This document shows, in pieces, positions 13,301 to 26,930 of a stretch of 64,000 bases of DNA. Below the pieces are notes generated by a model. It saw nothing but the letters and a program-made list of their open reading frames with translations. It made no database searches and was not told where the DNA came from. Source of the DNA: Auanema rhodensis (taxonomy: Eukaryota; Animalia; Nematoda); contig OZ059895.1 of NCBI GenBank assembly GCA_964057225.1, positions 21,142,001-21,206,000 on the forward strand, written 5' to 3'. Made by a program: the position numbers and the translations under genes. Within the stretch, counting starts at the first letter, position 1. Each line of letters starts with the position of its first letter.

Positions 13301-15000
13301 TTATTGATATTAATGCATGGTAACCATGACTTTGAAATTTACGTGAACTTTAATTTATGCTTATTAAGTGTACACGTGATGTGCACTTGGTATGTAACTC
13401 GCTTCACGTGAAAGATAAAGAGATGCGGTTTTCAAAATTAGATTCCCCATGTCCATATTAGTCTAAAAACAAATTGTTATTGATATTGGTGCATGGTAAC
13501 CATGACTTTAAAATTTACGTGAACTTTAATTTATGCTAATTAAGTGTACACATGATGTGCACTTGGTATGTAACTCGCTTCACGTCAAAGATAAAGAGAT
13601 GCGGTTTTCAAAATTAGATTCCCCATGTCCATATTAGTCTAAAAACAAATTTTTATTGATATTGGTGCATGGTAACCATGACTTTGAAATTTACGTGAAC
13701 TTTAATTTATGCTAATTAAGTGTACACATGATGTGCACTTGGTATGTAACTCGCTTCACGTGAAAGATGAAGAGATGCGGTTTTCAAAATTAGATTCCCC
13801 ATTTCCATATTAGTCTAAAAACAAATTTTTATTGATATTGGTGCATGGTAACCATGACTTTAAAAGTTACGTGAACTTTAATTTATGCTAATTAAGTGTA
13901 CACATGATGTGCACTTGGTATGTAACTCGCTTCACGTCAAAGATAAAGAGATGCGGTTTTCAAAATTAGATTCCCCATGTCCATATTAGTCTAAAAACAA
14001 ATTTTTATTGATATTGATGCATGGTAACCATGACTTTGAAATTTACGTGAACTTTAATTTATGCTTATTAAGTGTACACGTGATGTGCACTTGGTATGTA
14101 ACTCGCTTCACGTGAAAGATAAAGGGATGCAGTTTTCAAAATTAGATTCCCCATGTCCATATTAGTCTAAAAACAAATTTTTATTGATATTGGTGCATGG
14201 TAACCATGACTTTAAAATTTACGTGAACTTTAATTTATGCTAATTAAGTGTACACATGATGTGCACTTGGTATGTAACTCGCTTCACGTCAAAGATAAAG
14301 AGATGCGGTTTTCAAAAATAGATTCCCCATGTCCATATTAGTCTAAAAACAAATTTTTATTAATATTGGTGCTTGGTAACCATGACTTTGAAATTTACGT
14401 GAACTTTAATTTATGCTAATTAAGTGTACACATGATGTGCACTTGGTATGTAACTCGCTTCACGTCAAAGATAAAGAGATGCGGTTTTCAAAATTAGATT
14501 CCCCATGTCCATATTAGTCTAAAAACAAATTTTTATTGATATTGGTGCATGGTAACCATGACTTTAAAATTTACGTGAACTTTAATTTATGCTAATTAAG
14601 TGTACACATGATGTGCACTTGGTATGTAACTCGCTTCACGTCAAAGATAAAGAGATGCGGTTTTCAAAATTAGATTCCCCATGTCCATATTAGTCTAAAA
14701 ACAAATTTTTATTGATATTGGTGCATGGTAACCATGACTTTGAAATTTACGTGAACTTTAATTTATGCTTATTAAGTGTACACGTGATGTGCACTTGGTA
14801 TGTAACTCGCTTGACGTGAAAGATGAAGAGATGCGGTTTTCAAAATTAGATTCCTCATGTCCATATTAGTCTAAAAACGAATTTTTATTGATATTGATGC
14901 ATGGTAACCATGACTTTGAAATTTACGTGAACTTTAATTTATGCTAATTAAGTGTACACATGATGTGCACTTGGTATGTAACTCGCTTCACGTGAAAGAT
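1388..15000 (+). repeat. Satellite sub-domain A (homogeneous, CACGTC-rich; AAAAGTTACG, TCTAGA and GATGAAG variants)
   Basis: The AAAAGTTACG variant is seen only from ~3.1 to ~13.9 kb. There is no net indel for 84 monomers. Boundaries are approximate. Confidence 0.7.
4400..9150 (+). repeat. 14-monomer (2464-bp) higher-order duplication
   Basis: Rare markers CAAG at 5581/8045 and GTTCATAT at 6411/8875 are both 2464 bp apart. Ends are approximate. Confidence 0.8.
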
Positions 15001-17399
15001 GAAGAGATGCGGTTTTCAAAATTAGATTCCTCATGTCCATATTAGTCTAGAAACAAATTTTTGTTGATATTGGTGGATGGTAACCATGACTTTGAAATTT
15101 ACGTGAACTTTAATTTATGCTAATTAAGTGTACACATGATGTGCACTTGGTTTGTAACTCGCTTCACGTCAAAGATAAAGAGATGCGGTTTTCAAAATTA
15201 GATTTCCCATGACCATATTAGTCTAAAAACAAATTTTTATTGATATTGGTGCATGGCAACCATGACTTTAAAATTTACGTGAACTTTAATTTATGCTAAT
15301 TAAGTGTACACATGATGTGCACTTGGTATGTAACTCGCTTCACGTCAAAGATAAAGAGATGCGGTTTTCAAAATTAGATTCCCCATGACCATATTAGTCT
15401 AAAAACAAATTTTTATTAATATTGGTGCATGGTAACCATGACTTTGAAATTTACGTGAACTTTAATTTATGCTAATTAAGTGTACACATGATGTGCGCTT
15501 GGTATGTAACTAGCTTCACGTGAAAGATAAAGAGATGCGGTTTTCAAAATTAGATTCCCCATTTCCATATTAGTCTAAAAACGAATTTTTATTGATATTG
15601 ATGCATGGTAACCATGACTTTGAAATTTACGTGAACTTTAATTTATGCTTATTAAGTGTACACGTGATGTGCACTTGGTATGTAACTTGCTTCACGTGAA
15701 AGATAAAGGGATGCGGTTTTCAAAATTAGATTCCCCATGTCCAAATTAGTCTAAAAACAAATTTTTATTGATATTGGTGCATGGCAACCATGACTTTAAA
15801 ATTTACGTGAACTTTAATTTATGCTAATTAAGTGTACACGTGATGTGCACTTGGTATGTAACTCGCTTCACGTAAAAAATGAAGAGATGCGGTTTTCAAA
15901 ATTAGATTCCACATGTCCATATTAGTCTAAAAACAAATTTTTGTTGATATTGGTGGATGGTAACCATGACTTTGAAATTTACGTGAACTTTAATTTATGC
16001 TAATTAAGTGTACACGTGATGTGCACTCGGTATGTAACTCGCTTCACGTGAAATATGAAGAGATGCGGTTTTCAAAATTAGATTCCCCATGTCCATATTA
16101 GTCTAAAAACAAATTTTTATTGATATTGGTGCATGGCAACCATGACTTTAAAATTTACGTGAACTTTAATTTATGCTAATTAAGTGTACACATGATGTGC
16201 ACTTGGTATGTAACTCGCTTCACGTCAAAGATAAAGAGATGCGGTTTTCAAAATTAGATTCCCCATGTCCATATTAGTCTAAAAACAAATTTTTATTAAT
16301 ATTGGTGCTTGGTAACCACGACTTTGAAATTTACGTGAACTTTAATTTATGCTAATTAAGTGAACACATGATGTGCACTTGGTATGTAACTCGCTTCACG
16401 TGAAAGATAAAGAGATGTGGTTTTCAAAATAGATTCCCCATGTCCATATTAGTCTAAAAACGAATTTTTATTGATATTGATGCATGTTAACCATGACTTT
16501 GAAATTTACGTGAACTTTAATTTATGCTTATTAAGTGAACACATGATGTGCACTTGGTATGTAACTCGCTTCACGTGAAAGATAAAGGGATGCGGTTTTC
16601 GAAATTAGATTCCTCATGTCCATATTAGTCTAAAAACAAATTTTTATTAATATTGGGGCATGGTAACCATGACTTTGAAATTTACGTGAACTTTAATTTA
16701 TGCTAATTAAGTGTACACATGATGTGCACTTGGTATGTAACTCGCTTCACGTGAAAGATAAAGGGATGCGGTTTTCAAAATTAGATTCCCCATGTCCATA
16801 TTAGTCTAAAAACAAATTTTTATTAATATTGGTGCATGGCAACCATGACTTTAAAATTTACGTGAACTTTAATTTATGCTAATTAAGTGTACACGTGATG
16901 TGCACTCGGTATGTAACTCGCTTCACGTCAAAGATAAAGAGATGCGGTTTTCAAAATTGGATTCCCCATGTCCATATTAGTCTAAAAACAAATTTTTATT
17001 AATATTGGTGCATGGTAACCATGACTTTGAAATTTACGTGAACTTTAATTTATGCTAATTAAGTGTACACATGATGTGCACTTGGTATGTAACTCGCTTC
17101 ACGTGAAAGATGAAGAGATGCGGTTTCCAAAATTAGATTCCTCATGTCCATATTAGTCTAAAAACGAATTTTTATTGATATTAATGCATGGTAACCATGA
17201 CTTTGAAATTTACGTGAACTTTAATTTATGCTTATTAAGTGTACACGTGATGTGCACTTGGTATGTAACTCGCTTCACGTGAAAGATAAAGAGATGCGGT
17301 TTTCAAAATTAGATTCCCCATGTCCATATTAGTCTAAAAACAAATTTTTTTTTAATATTGGTGCTTGGTAACCATGACTTTAAAATTTACGTGAACTTT

Positions 17400-19200
17400 A
17401 ATTTATGCTAATTAAGTGTACACATGATGTGCACTTGGTATGTAACTCGCTTCACGTCAAAGATAAAGAGATGCGGTTTTCAAAATTAGATTCCCCATGT
17501 CCATATTAGTCTAAAAACAAATTTTTATTGATATTGGTGCATGGTAACCATGACTTTGAAATTTACGTGAACTTTAATTTATGCTAATTAAGTGTACACA
17601 TGATGTGCACTTGGTATGTAACTCGCTTCACGTGAAATATGAAGAAATGCGGTTTTCAAAATTAGATTCCCCATGTCCATATTAGTCTAAAAACAAATTT
17701 TTATTGATATTGGTGCATGGCAACCATGACTTTAAAATTTACGTGAACTTTAATTTATGCTAATTAAGTGTACACATGATGTGCACTTGGTATGTAACTC
17801 GCTTCACGTGCAAGATAGAGAGATGCGGTTTTCAAAATTAGATTCTCCATGTCCATATTAGTCTAAAAACAAATTTTTATTAATATTGGTTCTTGGTAAC
17901 CATGACTTTGAAATTTACGTGAACTTTGATTTATGCTAATTAAGTGAACACATGATGTGCACTTGGTATGTAACTCGCTTCACGTGCAAGATAGAGAGAT
18001 GCGGTTTTCAAAATAGATTCCCCATGTCCATATTAGTCTAAAAACGAATTTTTATTGATATTGATTCATGGTAACCATGACTTTGAAAATTACGTGAACT
18101 TTAATTTATGCTTATTAAGTGTACACGTGATGTGCACTTGGTATGTAACTCGCTTCACGTCAAAGATAAAGGGATGCGGTTTTCAAAATTAGATTCCCCA
18201 TGTCCATATTAGTCTAAAAACAAATTTTTATTAATATTGGTGCATGGTAACCATGACTTTGAAATTTACGTGAACTTTAATTTATGCTAATTAAGTGTAC
18301 ACGTGATGTGCACTTGGTATGTAACTCGCTTCACGTCAAAGATAAAGAGATGCGGTTTTCAAAATTAGATTCCCCATGTCCATATTAGTCTAAAAACAAA
18401 TTTTTATTGATATTGGTGCATGGTAACCATGACTTTGAAATTTACGTGAACTTTAATTTATGCTAATTAAGTGTACACATGATGTGCACTTGGTATGTAA
18501 CTCGCTTCACGTGAAATATGAAGAAATGCGGTTTTCAAAATTAGATTCCCCATGTCCATATTAGTCTAAAAACAAATTTTTATTGATATTGGTGCATGGC
18601 AACCATGACTTTAAAATTTACGTGAACTTTAATTTATGCTAATTAAGTGTACACATGATGTGCACTTGGTATGTAACTCGCTTCACGTGCAAGATAGAGA
18701 GATGCGGTTTTCAAAATTAGATTCTCCATGTCCAAATTAGTCTAAAAACAAATTTTTATTAATATTGGTTCTTGGTAACCATGACTTTGAAATTTACGTG
18801 AACTTTGATTTATGCTAATTAAGTGAACACATGATGTGCACTTGGTATGTAACTCGCTTCACGTGCAAGATAGAGAGATGCGGTTTTCAAAATAGATTCC
18901 CCATGTCCATATTAGTCTAAAAACGAATTTTTATTGATATTGATTCATGGTAACCATGACTTTGAAAATTACGTGAACTTTAATTTATGCTTATTAAGTG
19001 TACACGTGATGTGCACTTGGTATGTAACTCGCTTCACGTCAAAGATAAAGGGATGCGGTTTTCAAAATTAGATTCCCCATGTCCATATTAGTCTAAAAAC
19101 AAATTTTTATTAATATTGGTGCATGGTAACCATGACTTTGAAATTTACGTGAACTTTAATTTATGCTAATTAAGTGTACACATGATGTGCGCTTGGTATG
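17400..19200 (+). repeat. 5-monomer (879-bp) tandem duplication
   Basis: GAAGAAATGC at 17641/18520. ATTCTCCAT, GGTTCTTGG and CTTTGATTT are each present twice at the same spacing. Confidence 0.85.
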
Positions 19201-22200
19201 TAACTCGCTTCACGTGAAAGATAAAGAGATGCGGTTTTCAAAATTAGATTCCTCATGTCCATATTAGTCTAAAAACAAATTTTTGTTGATATTGGTGGAT
19301 GGTAACCATGACTTTGAAATTTACGTGAACTTTAATTTATGCTAATTAAGTGTACACATGATGTGCACTTGGTATGTAACTCGCTTCACGTCAAAGATAA
19401 AGAGATGCGGTTTTCAAAATTAGATTCCCCATGTTCATATTAGTCTAAAAACAAATTTTTTTTTAATATTGGTGCTTGGTAACCATGACTTTGAAATTTA
19501 CGTGAACTTTAATTTATGCTAATTAAGTGAACACATGATGTGCACTTGGTATGTAACTCGCTTCACGTGCAAGATAGAGAGATGCGGTTTTCAAAATAGA
19601 TTCCCCATGTCCATATTAGTCTAAAAACGAATTTTTATTGATATTGATTCATGGTAACCATGACTTTGAAAATTACGTGAACTTTAATTTATGCTTATTA
19701 AGTGTACACGTGATGTGCACTTGGTATGTAACTCGCTTCACGTCAAAGATAAAGGGATGCGGTTTTCAAAATTAGATTCCCCATGTCCATATTAGTCTAA
19801 AAACAAATTTTTATTAATATTGGGGCATGGTAACCATGACTTTGAAATTTACGTGAACTTTAATTTATGCTAATTAAGTGTACACATGATGTGCGCTTGG
19901 TATGTAACTCGCTTCACGTGAAAGATAAAGAGATGCGGTTTTCAAAATTAGATTCCTCATGTCCATATTAGTCTAAAAACGAATTTTTATTGATATTGAT
20001 GCATGGCAACCATGACTTTAAAATTTACGTGAACTTTAATTTATGCTAATTAAGTGTACACATGATGTGCACTTGGTATGTAACTCGCTTCACGTCAAAG
20101 ATAAAGAGATGCGGTTTTCAAAATTAGATTCCCCATGTCCATATTAGTCTAAAAACAAATTTTTATTGATATTGGTGGATGGTAACCATGACTTTGAAAT
20201 TTACGTGAACTTTAATTTATGCTAAAAAAGTGTACACATGATGTGCGCTTGGTATGTAACTCGCTTCACGTGAAAGATAAAGAGATGCGGTTTTCAAAAT
20301 TAGATTCCTCATGTCCATATTAGTCTAAAAACAAATTTTTGTTGATATTGGTGGATGGTAACCATGACTTTGAAATTTACGTGAACTTTAATTTATGCTA
20401 ATTAAGTGTACACGTGATGTGCACTCGGTATGTAACTCGCTTCACGTGAAATATGAAGAGATGCGGTTTCCAAAATTAGATTCCCCATGTCCATATTAGT
20501 CTAAAAACAAATTTTTATTGATATTGGTGCATGGCAACCATGACTTTAAAATTTACGTGAACTTTAATTTATGCTAATTAAGTGTACACATGATGTGCAC
20601 TTGGTATGTAACTCGCTTCACGTCAAAGATAAAGAGATGCGGTTTTCAAAATTAGATTCCTCATGTTCATATTAGTCTAAAAACAAATTTTTTTTTAATA
20701 TTGGTGCTTGGTAACCATGACTTTGAAATTTACGTGAACTTTAATTTATGCTAATTAAGTGAACACATGATGTGCACTTGGTATGTAACTCGCTTCACGT
20801 GCAAAATAGAGAGATGCGGTTTTCAAAATAGATTCCCGATGTCCATATTAGTCTAAAAACGAATTTTTATTGATATTGATTCATGGTAACCATGACTTTG
20901 AAAATTACGTGAACTTTAATTTATGCTTATTAAGTGTACACGTGATGTGCACTTGGTATGTAACTCGCTTCACGTCAAAGATAAAGGGATGCGGTTTTCA
21001 AAATTAGATTCCCCATGTCCATATTAGTCTAAAAACAAATTTTTATTAATATTGGTGCATGGTAACCATGACTTTGAAATTTACGTGAACTTTAATTTAT
21101 GCTAATTAAGTGTACACATGATGTGCGCTTGGTATGTAACTCGCTTCACGTGAAAGATAAAGAGATGCGGTTTTCAAAATTAGATTCCTCATGTCCATAT
21201 TAGTCTAAAAACGAATTTTTATTGATATTGATGCATGGCAACCATGACTTTAAAATTTACGTGAACTTTAATTTATGCTAATTAAGTGTACACATGATGT
21301 GCACTTGGTATGTAACTCGCTTCACGTGAAAGATGAAGAGATGCGGTTTTCAAAATTAGATTCCTCATGTCCATATTAGTCTAAAAACGAATTTTTATTG
21401 ATATTGATGCATGGCAACCATGACTTTAAAATTTACGTGAACTTTAATTTATGCTAATTAAGTGTACACATGATGTGCACTTGGTATGTAACTCGCTTCA
21501 CGTCAAAGATAAAGAGATGCGGTTTTCAAAATTAGATTCCCCATGTCCATATTAGTCTAAAAACAAATTTTTATTGATATTGGTGCATGGTAACCATGAC
21601 TTTGAAATTTACGTGAACTTTAATTTATGCTTATTAAGTGTACACGTGATGTGCACTTGGTATGTAACTCGCTTCACGTGAAAGATGAAGAGATGCGGTT
21701 TTCAAAATTAGATTCCTCATGTCCATATTAGTCTAAAAACGAATTTTTATTGATATTGATGCATGGTAACCATGACTTTGAAATTTACGTGAACTTTAAT
21801 TTATGCTAATTAAGTGTACACATGATGTGCACTTGGTATGTAACTCGCTTCACGTGAAAGATGAAGAGATGCGGTTTTCAAAATTAGATTCCTCATGTCC
21901 ATATTAGTCTAGAAACAAATTTTTGTTGATATTGGTGGATGGTAACCATGACTTTGAAATTTACGTGAACTTTAATTTATGCTAATTAAGTGTACACATG
22001 ATGTGCACTTGGTATGTAACTCGCTTCACGTCAAAGATAAAGAGATGCGGTTTTCAAAATTAGATTCCCCATGACCATATTAGTCTAAAAACAAATTTTT
22101 ATTGATATTGGTGCATGGCAACCATGACTTTAAAATTTACGTGAACTTTAATTTATGCTAATTAAGTGTACACATGATGTGCACTTGGTATGTAACTCGC

Positions 22201-25200
22201 TTCACGTCAAAGATAAAGAGATGCGGTTTTCAAAATTAGATTCCTCATGTTCATATTAGTCTAAAAACAAATTTTTTTTTAATATTGGTGCTTGGTAACC
22301 ATGACTTTGAAATTTACGTGAACTTTAATTTATGCTAATTAAGTGAACACATGATGTGCACTTGGTATGTAACTCGCTTCACGTGCAAGATAGAGAGATG
22401 CGGTTTTCAAAATAGATTCCCCATGTCCATATTAGTCTAAAAACGAATTTTTATTGATATTGATTCATGGTAACCATGACTTTGAAAATTACGTGAACTT
22501 TAATTTATGCTTATTAAGTGTACACGTGATGTGCACTTGGTATGTAACTCGCTTCACGTCAAAGATAAAGGGATGCGGTTTTCAAAATTAGATTCCCCAT
22601 GTCCATATTAGTCTAAAAACAAATTTTTATTAATATTGGTGCATGGTAACCATGACTTTGAAATTTACGTGAACTTTAATTTATGCTAATTAAGTGTACA
22701 CATGATGTGCGCTTGGTATGTAACTCGCTTCACGTGAAAGATAAAGAGATGCGGTTTTCAAAATTAGATTCCTCATGTCCATATTAGTCTAAAAACGAAT
22801 TTTTATTGATATTGATGCATGGCAACCATGACTTTAAAATTTACGTGAACTTTAATTTATGCTAATTAAGTGTACACATGATGTGCACTTGGTATGTAAC
22901 TCGCTTCACGTCAAAGATAAAGAGATGCGGTTTTCAAAATTAGATTCCCCATGTCCATATTAGTCTAAAAACAAATTTTTATTGATATTGGTGCATGGTA
23001 ACCATGACTTTGAAATTTACGTGAACTTTAATTTATGCTTATTAAGTGTACACGTGATGTGCACTTGGTATGTAACTCGCTTCACGTGAAAGATGAAGAG
23101 ATGCGGTTTTCAAAATTAGATTCCTCATGTCCATATTAGTCTAAAAACGAATTTTTATTGATATTGATGCATGGTAACCATGACTTTGAAATTTACGTGA
23201 ACTTTAATTTATGCTAATTAAGTGTACACATGATGTGCACTTGGTATGTAACTCGCTTCACGTGAAAGATGAAGAGATGCGGTTTTCAAAATTAGATTCC
23301 TCATGTCCATATTAGTCTAGAAACAAATTTTTGTTGATATTGGTGGATGGTAACCATGACTTTGAAATTTACGTGAACTTTAATTTATGCTAATTAAGTG
23401 TACACATGATGTGCACTTGGTATGTAACTCGCTTCACGTCAAAGATAAAGAGATGCGGTTTTCAAAATTAGATTCCCCATGACCATATTAGTCTAAAAAC
23501 AAATTTTTATTGATATTGGTGCATGGCAACCATGACTTTAAAATTTACGTGAACTTTAATTTATGCTAATTAAGTGTACACGTGATGTGCACTCGGTATG
23601 TAACTCGCTTCACGTCAAAGATAAAGAGATGCGGTTTTCAAAATTAGATTCCCCATGTCCATATTAGTCTAAAAACAAATTTTTATTGATATTGGTGCAT
23701 GGTAACCATGACTTTGAAATTTACGTGAACTTTAATTTATGCTTATTAAGTGTACACGTGATGTGCACTTGGTATGTAACTCGCTTCACGTGAAAGATGA
23801 AGAGATGCGGTTTTCAAAATTAGATTCCTCATGTCCATATTAGTCTAAAAACGAATTTTTATTGATATTGATGCATGGTAACCATGACTTTGAAATTTAC
23901 GTGAACTTTAATTTATGCTAATTAAGTGTACACATGATGTGCACTTGGTATGTAACTCGCTTCACGTGAAAGATGAAGAGATGCGGTTTTCAAAATTAGA
24001 TTCCTCATGTCCATATTAGTCTAGAAACAAATTTTTGTTGATATTGGTGGATGGTAACCATGACTTTGAAATTTACGTGAACTTTAATTTATGCTAATTA
24101 AGTGTACACATGATGTGCACTTGGTATGTAACTCGCTTCACGTCAAAGATAAAGAGATGCGGTTTTCAAAATTAGATTCCCCATGACCATATTAGTCTAA
24201 AAACGAATTTTTATTGATATTGATGCATGGTAACCATGACTTTGAAATTTACGTGAACTTTAATTTATGCTTATTAAGTGTACACGTGATGTGCACTTGG
24301 TATGTAACTCGCTTCACGTGAAAGATGAAGAGATGCGGTTTTCAAAATTAGATTCCTCATGTCCATATTAGTCTACAAACGAATTTTTATTGATATTGAT
24401 GCATGGTAACCATGACTTTGAAATTTACGTGAACTTTTATTTATGCTAATATAAGTGTACACATGATGTGCACTTGGTATGTAACTCGCTTCACGTCAAA
24501 GATAAAGAGATGCGGTTTTCAAAATTAGATTCCCCATGACCATATTAGTCTAAAAACAGATTTTTATTGATATTGGTGCATGGCAACCATGACTTTAAAA
24601 TTTACGTGAACTTTAATTTATGCTAATTAAGTGTACACATGATGTGCGCTTGGTATGTAACTCGCTTCACGTGAAAGATAAAGAGATGCGGTTTTCAAAA
24701 TTAGATTCCTCATGTCCATATTAGTCTAAAAACGAATTTTTATTGATATTGATGCATGGTAACCATGACTTTGAAATTTACGTGAACTTTAATTTATGCT
24801 TATTAAGTGTACACGTGATGTGCACTTGGTATGTAACTTGCTTCACGTGAAAGATAAAGGGATGCGGTTTTCAAAATTAGATTCCCCATGTCCATATTAG
24901 TCTAAAAACAAATTTTTGTTGATATTGGTGGATGGTAACCATGACTTTGAAATTTACGTGAACTTTAATTTATGCTAATTAAGTGTACACGTGATGTGCA
25001 CTCGGTATGTAACTCGCTTCACGTGAAATATGAAGAGATGCGGTTTTCAAAATTAGATTCCCCATGTCCATTTTAGTCTAAAAACAATATTTTATTGATA
25101 TTGGTGCATGGCAACCATGACTTTAAAATTTACGTGAACTTTAATTTATGCTAATTAAGTGTACACATGATGTGCACTTGGTATGTAACTCGCTTCACGT

Positions 25201-26199
25201 CAAAGATAAAGAGATGCGGTTTTCAAAATTAGATTCCCCATGTCCATATTAGTCTAAAAACAAATTTTTATTGATATTGGTGCATGGTAACCATGACTTT
25301 GAAATTTACGTGAACTTTAATTTATGCTTATTAAGTGTACACGTGATGTGCACTTGGTATGTAACTCGCTTCACGTGAAAGATGAAGAGATGCGGTTTTC
25401 AAAATTAGATTCCTCATGTCCATATTAGTCTAAAAACGAATTTTTATTGATATTGATGCATGGTAACCATGACTTTGAAATTTACGTGAACTTTAATTTA
25501 TGCTAATTAAGTGTACACATGATGTGCACTTGGTATGTAACTCGCTTCACGTGAAAGATGAAGAGATGCGGTTTTCAAAATTAGATTCCTCATGTCCATA
25601 TTAGTCTAGAAACAAATTTTTGTTGATATTGGTGGATGGTAACCATGACTTTGAAATTTACGTGAACTTTAATTTATGCTAATTAAGTGTACACATGATG
25701 TGCACTTGGTATGTAACTCGCTTCACGTCAAAGATAAAGAGATGCGGTTTTCAAAATTAGATTCCCCATGACCATATTAGTCTAAAAACAAATTTTTATT
25801 AATATTGGTGCATGGTAACCATGACTTTGAAATTTACGTGAACTTTAATTTATGCTAATTAAGTGTACACATGATGTGCACTTGGTATGTAACTCGCTTC
25901 ACGTGAAAGATGAAGAGATGCGGTTTTCAAAATTAGATTCCTCATGTCCATATTAGTCTAGAAACAAATTTTTATTGATATTGGTGCATGGCAACCATGA
26001 CTTTAAAATTTACGTGAACTTTAATTTATGCTAATTAAGTGTACACATGATGTGCACTTGGTATGTAACTCGCTTCACGTCAAAGATAAAGAGATGCGGT
26101 TTTCAAAATTAGATTCCCCATGACCATATTAGTCTAAAAACAAATTTTTATTAATATTGGTGCATGGTAACCATGACTTTGAAATTTACGTGAACTTTA

Positions 26200-26930
26200 A
26201 TTTATGCTAATTAAGTGTACACATGATGTGCGCTTGGTATGTAACTAGCTTCACGTGAAAGATAAAGAGATGCGGTTTTCAAAATTAGATTCCCCATTTC
26301 CATATTAGTCTAAAAACGAATTTTTGTTGATATTGGTGGATGGTAACCATGACTTTGAAATTTACGTGAACTTTAATTTATGCTAATTAAGTGTACACGT
26401 GATGTGCACTCGGTAAGTAACTCGCTTCACGTGAAATATGAAGAGATGCGGTTTTCAAAATTAGATTCCCCATGTCCATATTAGTCTAAAAACAAATTTT
26501 TATTGATATTAGTGCATGGCAACCATGACTTTAAAATTTACGTGAACTTTAATTTATGCTAATTAAGTGTACACATGATGTGCGCTTGGTATGTAACTAG
26601 CTTCACGTGAAAGATAAAGAGATGCGGTTTTCAAAATTAGATTCCCCATTTCCATATTAGTCTAAAAACGAATTTTTGTTGATATTGGTGGATGGTAACC
26701 ATGACTTTGAAATTTACGTGAACTTTAATTTATGCTAATTAAGTGTACACGTGATGTGCACTCGGTAAGTAACTCGCTTCACGTGAAATATGAAGAGATG
26801 CGGTTTTCAAAATTAGATTCCCCATGTCCATATTAGTCTAAAAACAAATTTTTATTGATATTAGTGCATGGCAACCATGACTTTAAAATTTACGTGAACT
26901 TTAATTTATGCTAATTAAGTGTACACATGA
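26200..26930 (+). repeat. Dimer (352-bp) tandem duplication
   Basis: GTAACTAG at 26241/26593 and CGGTAAGT at 26411/26763; ATTAGTGC also appears twice. Confidence 0.88.
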
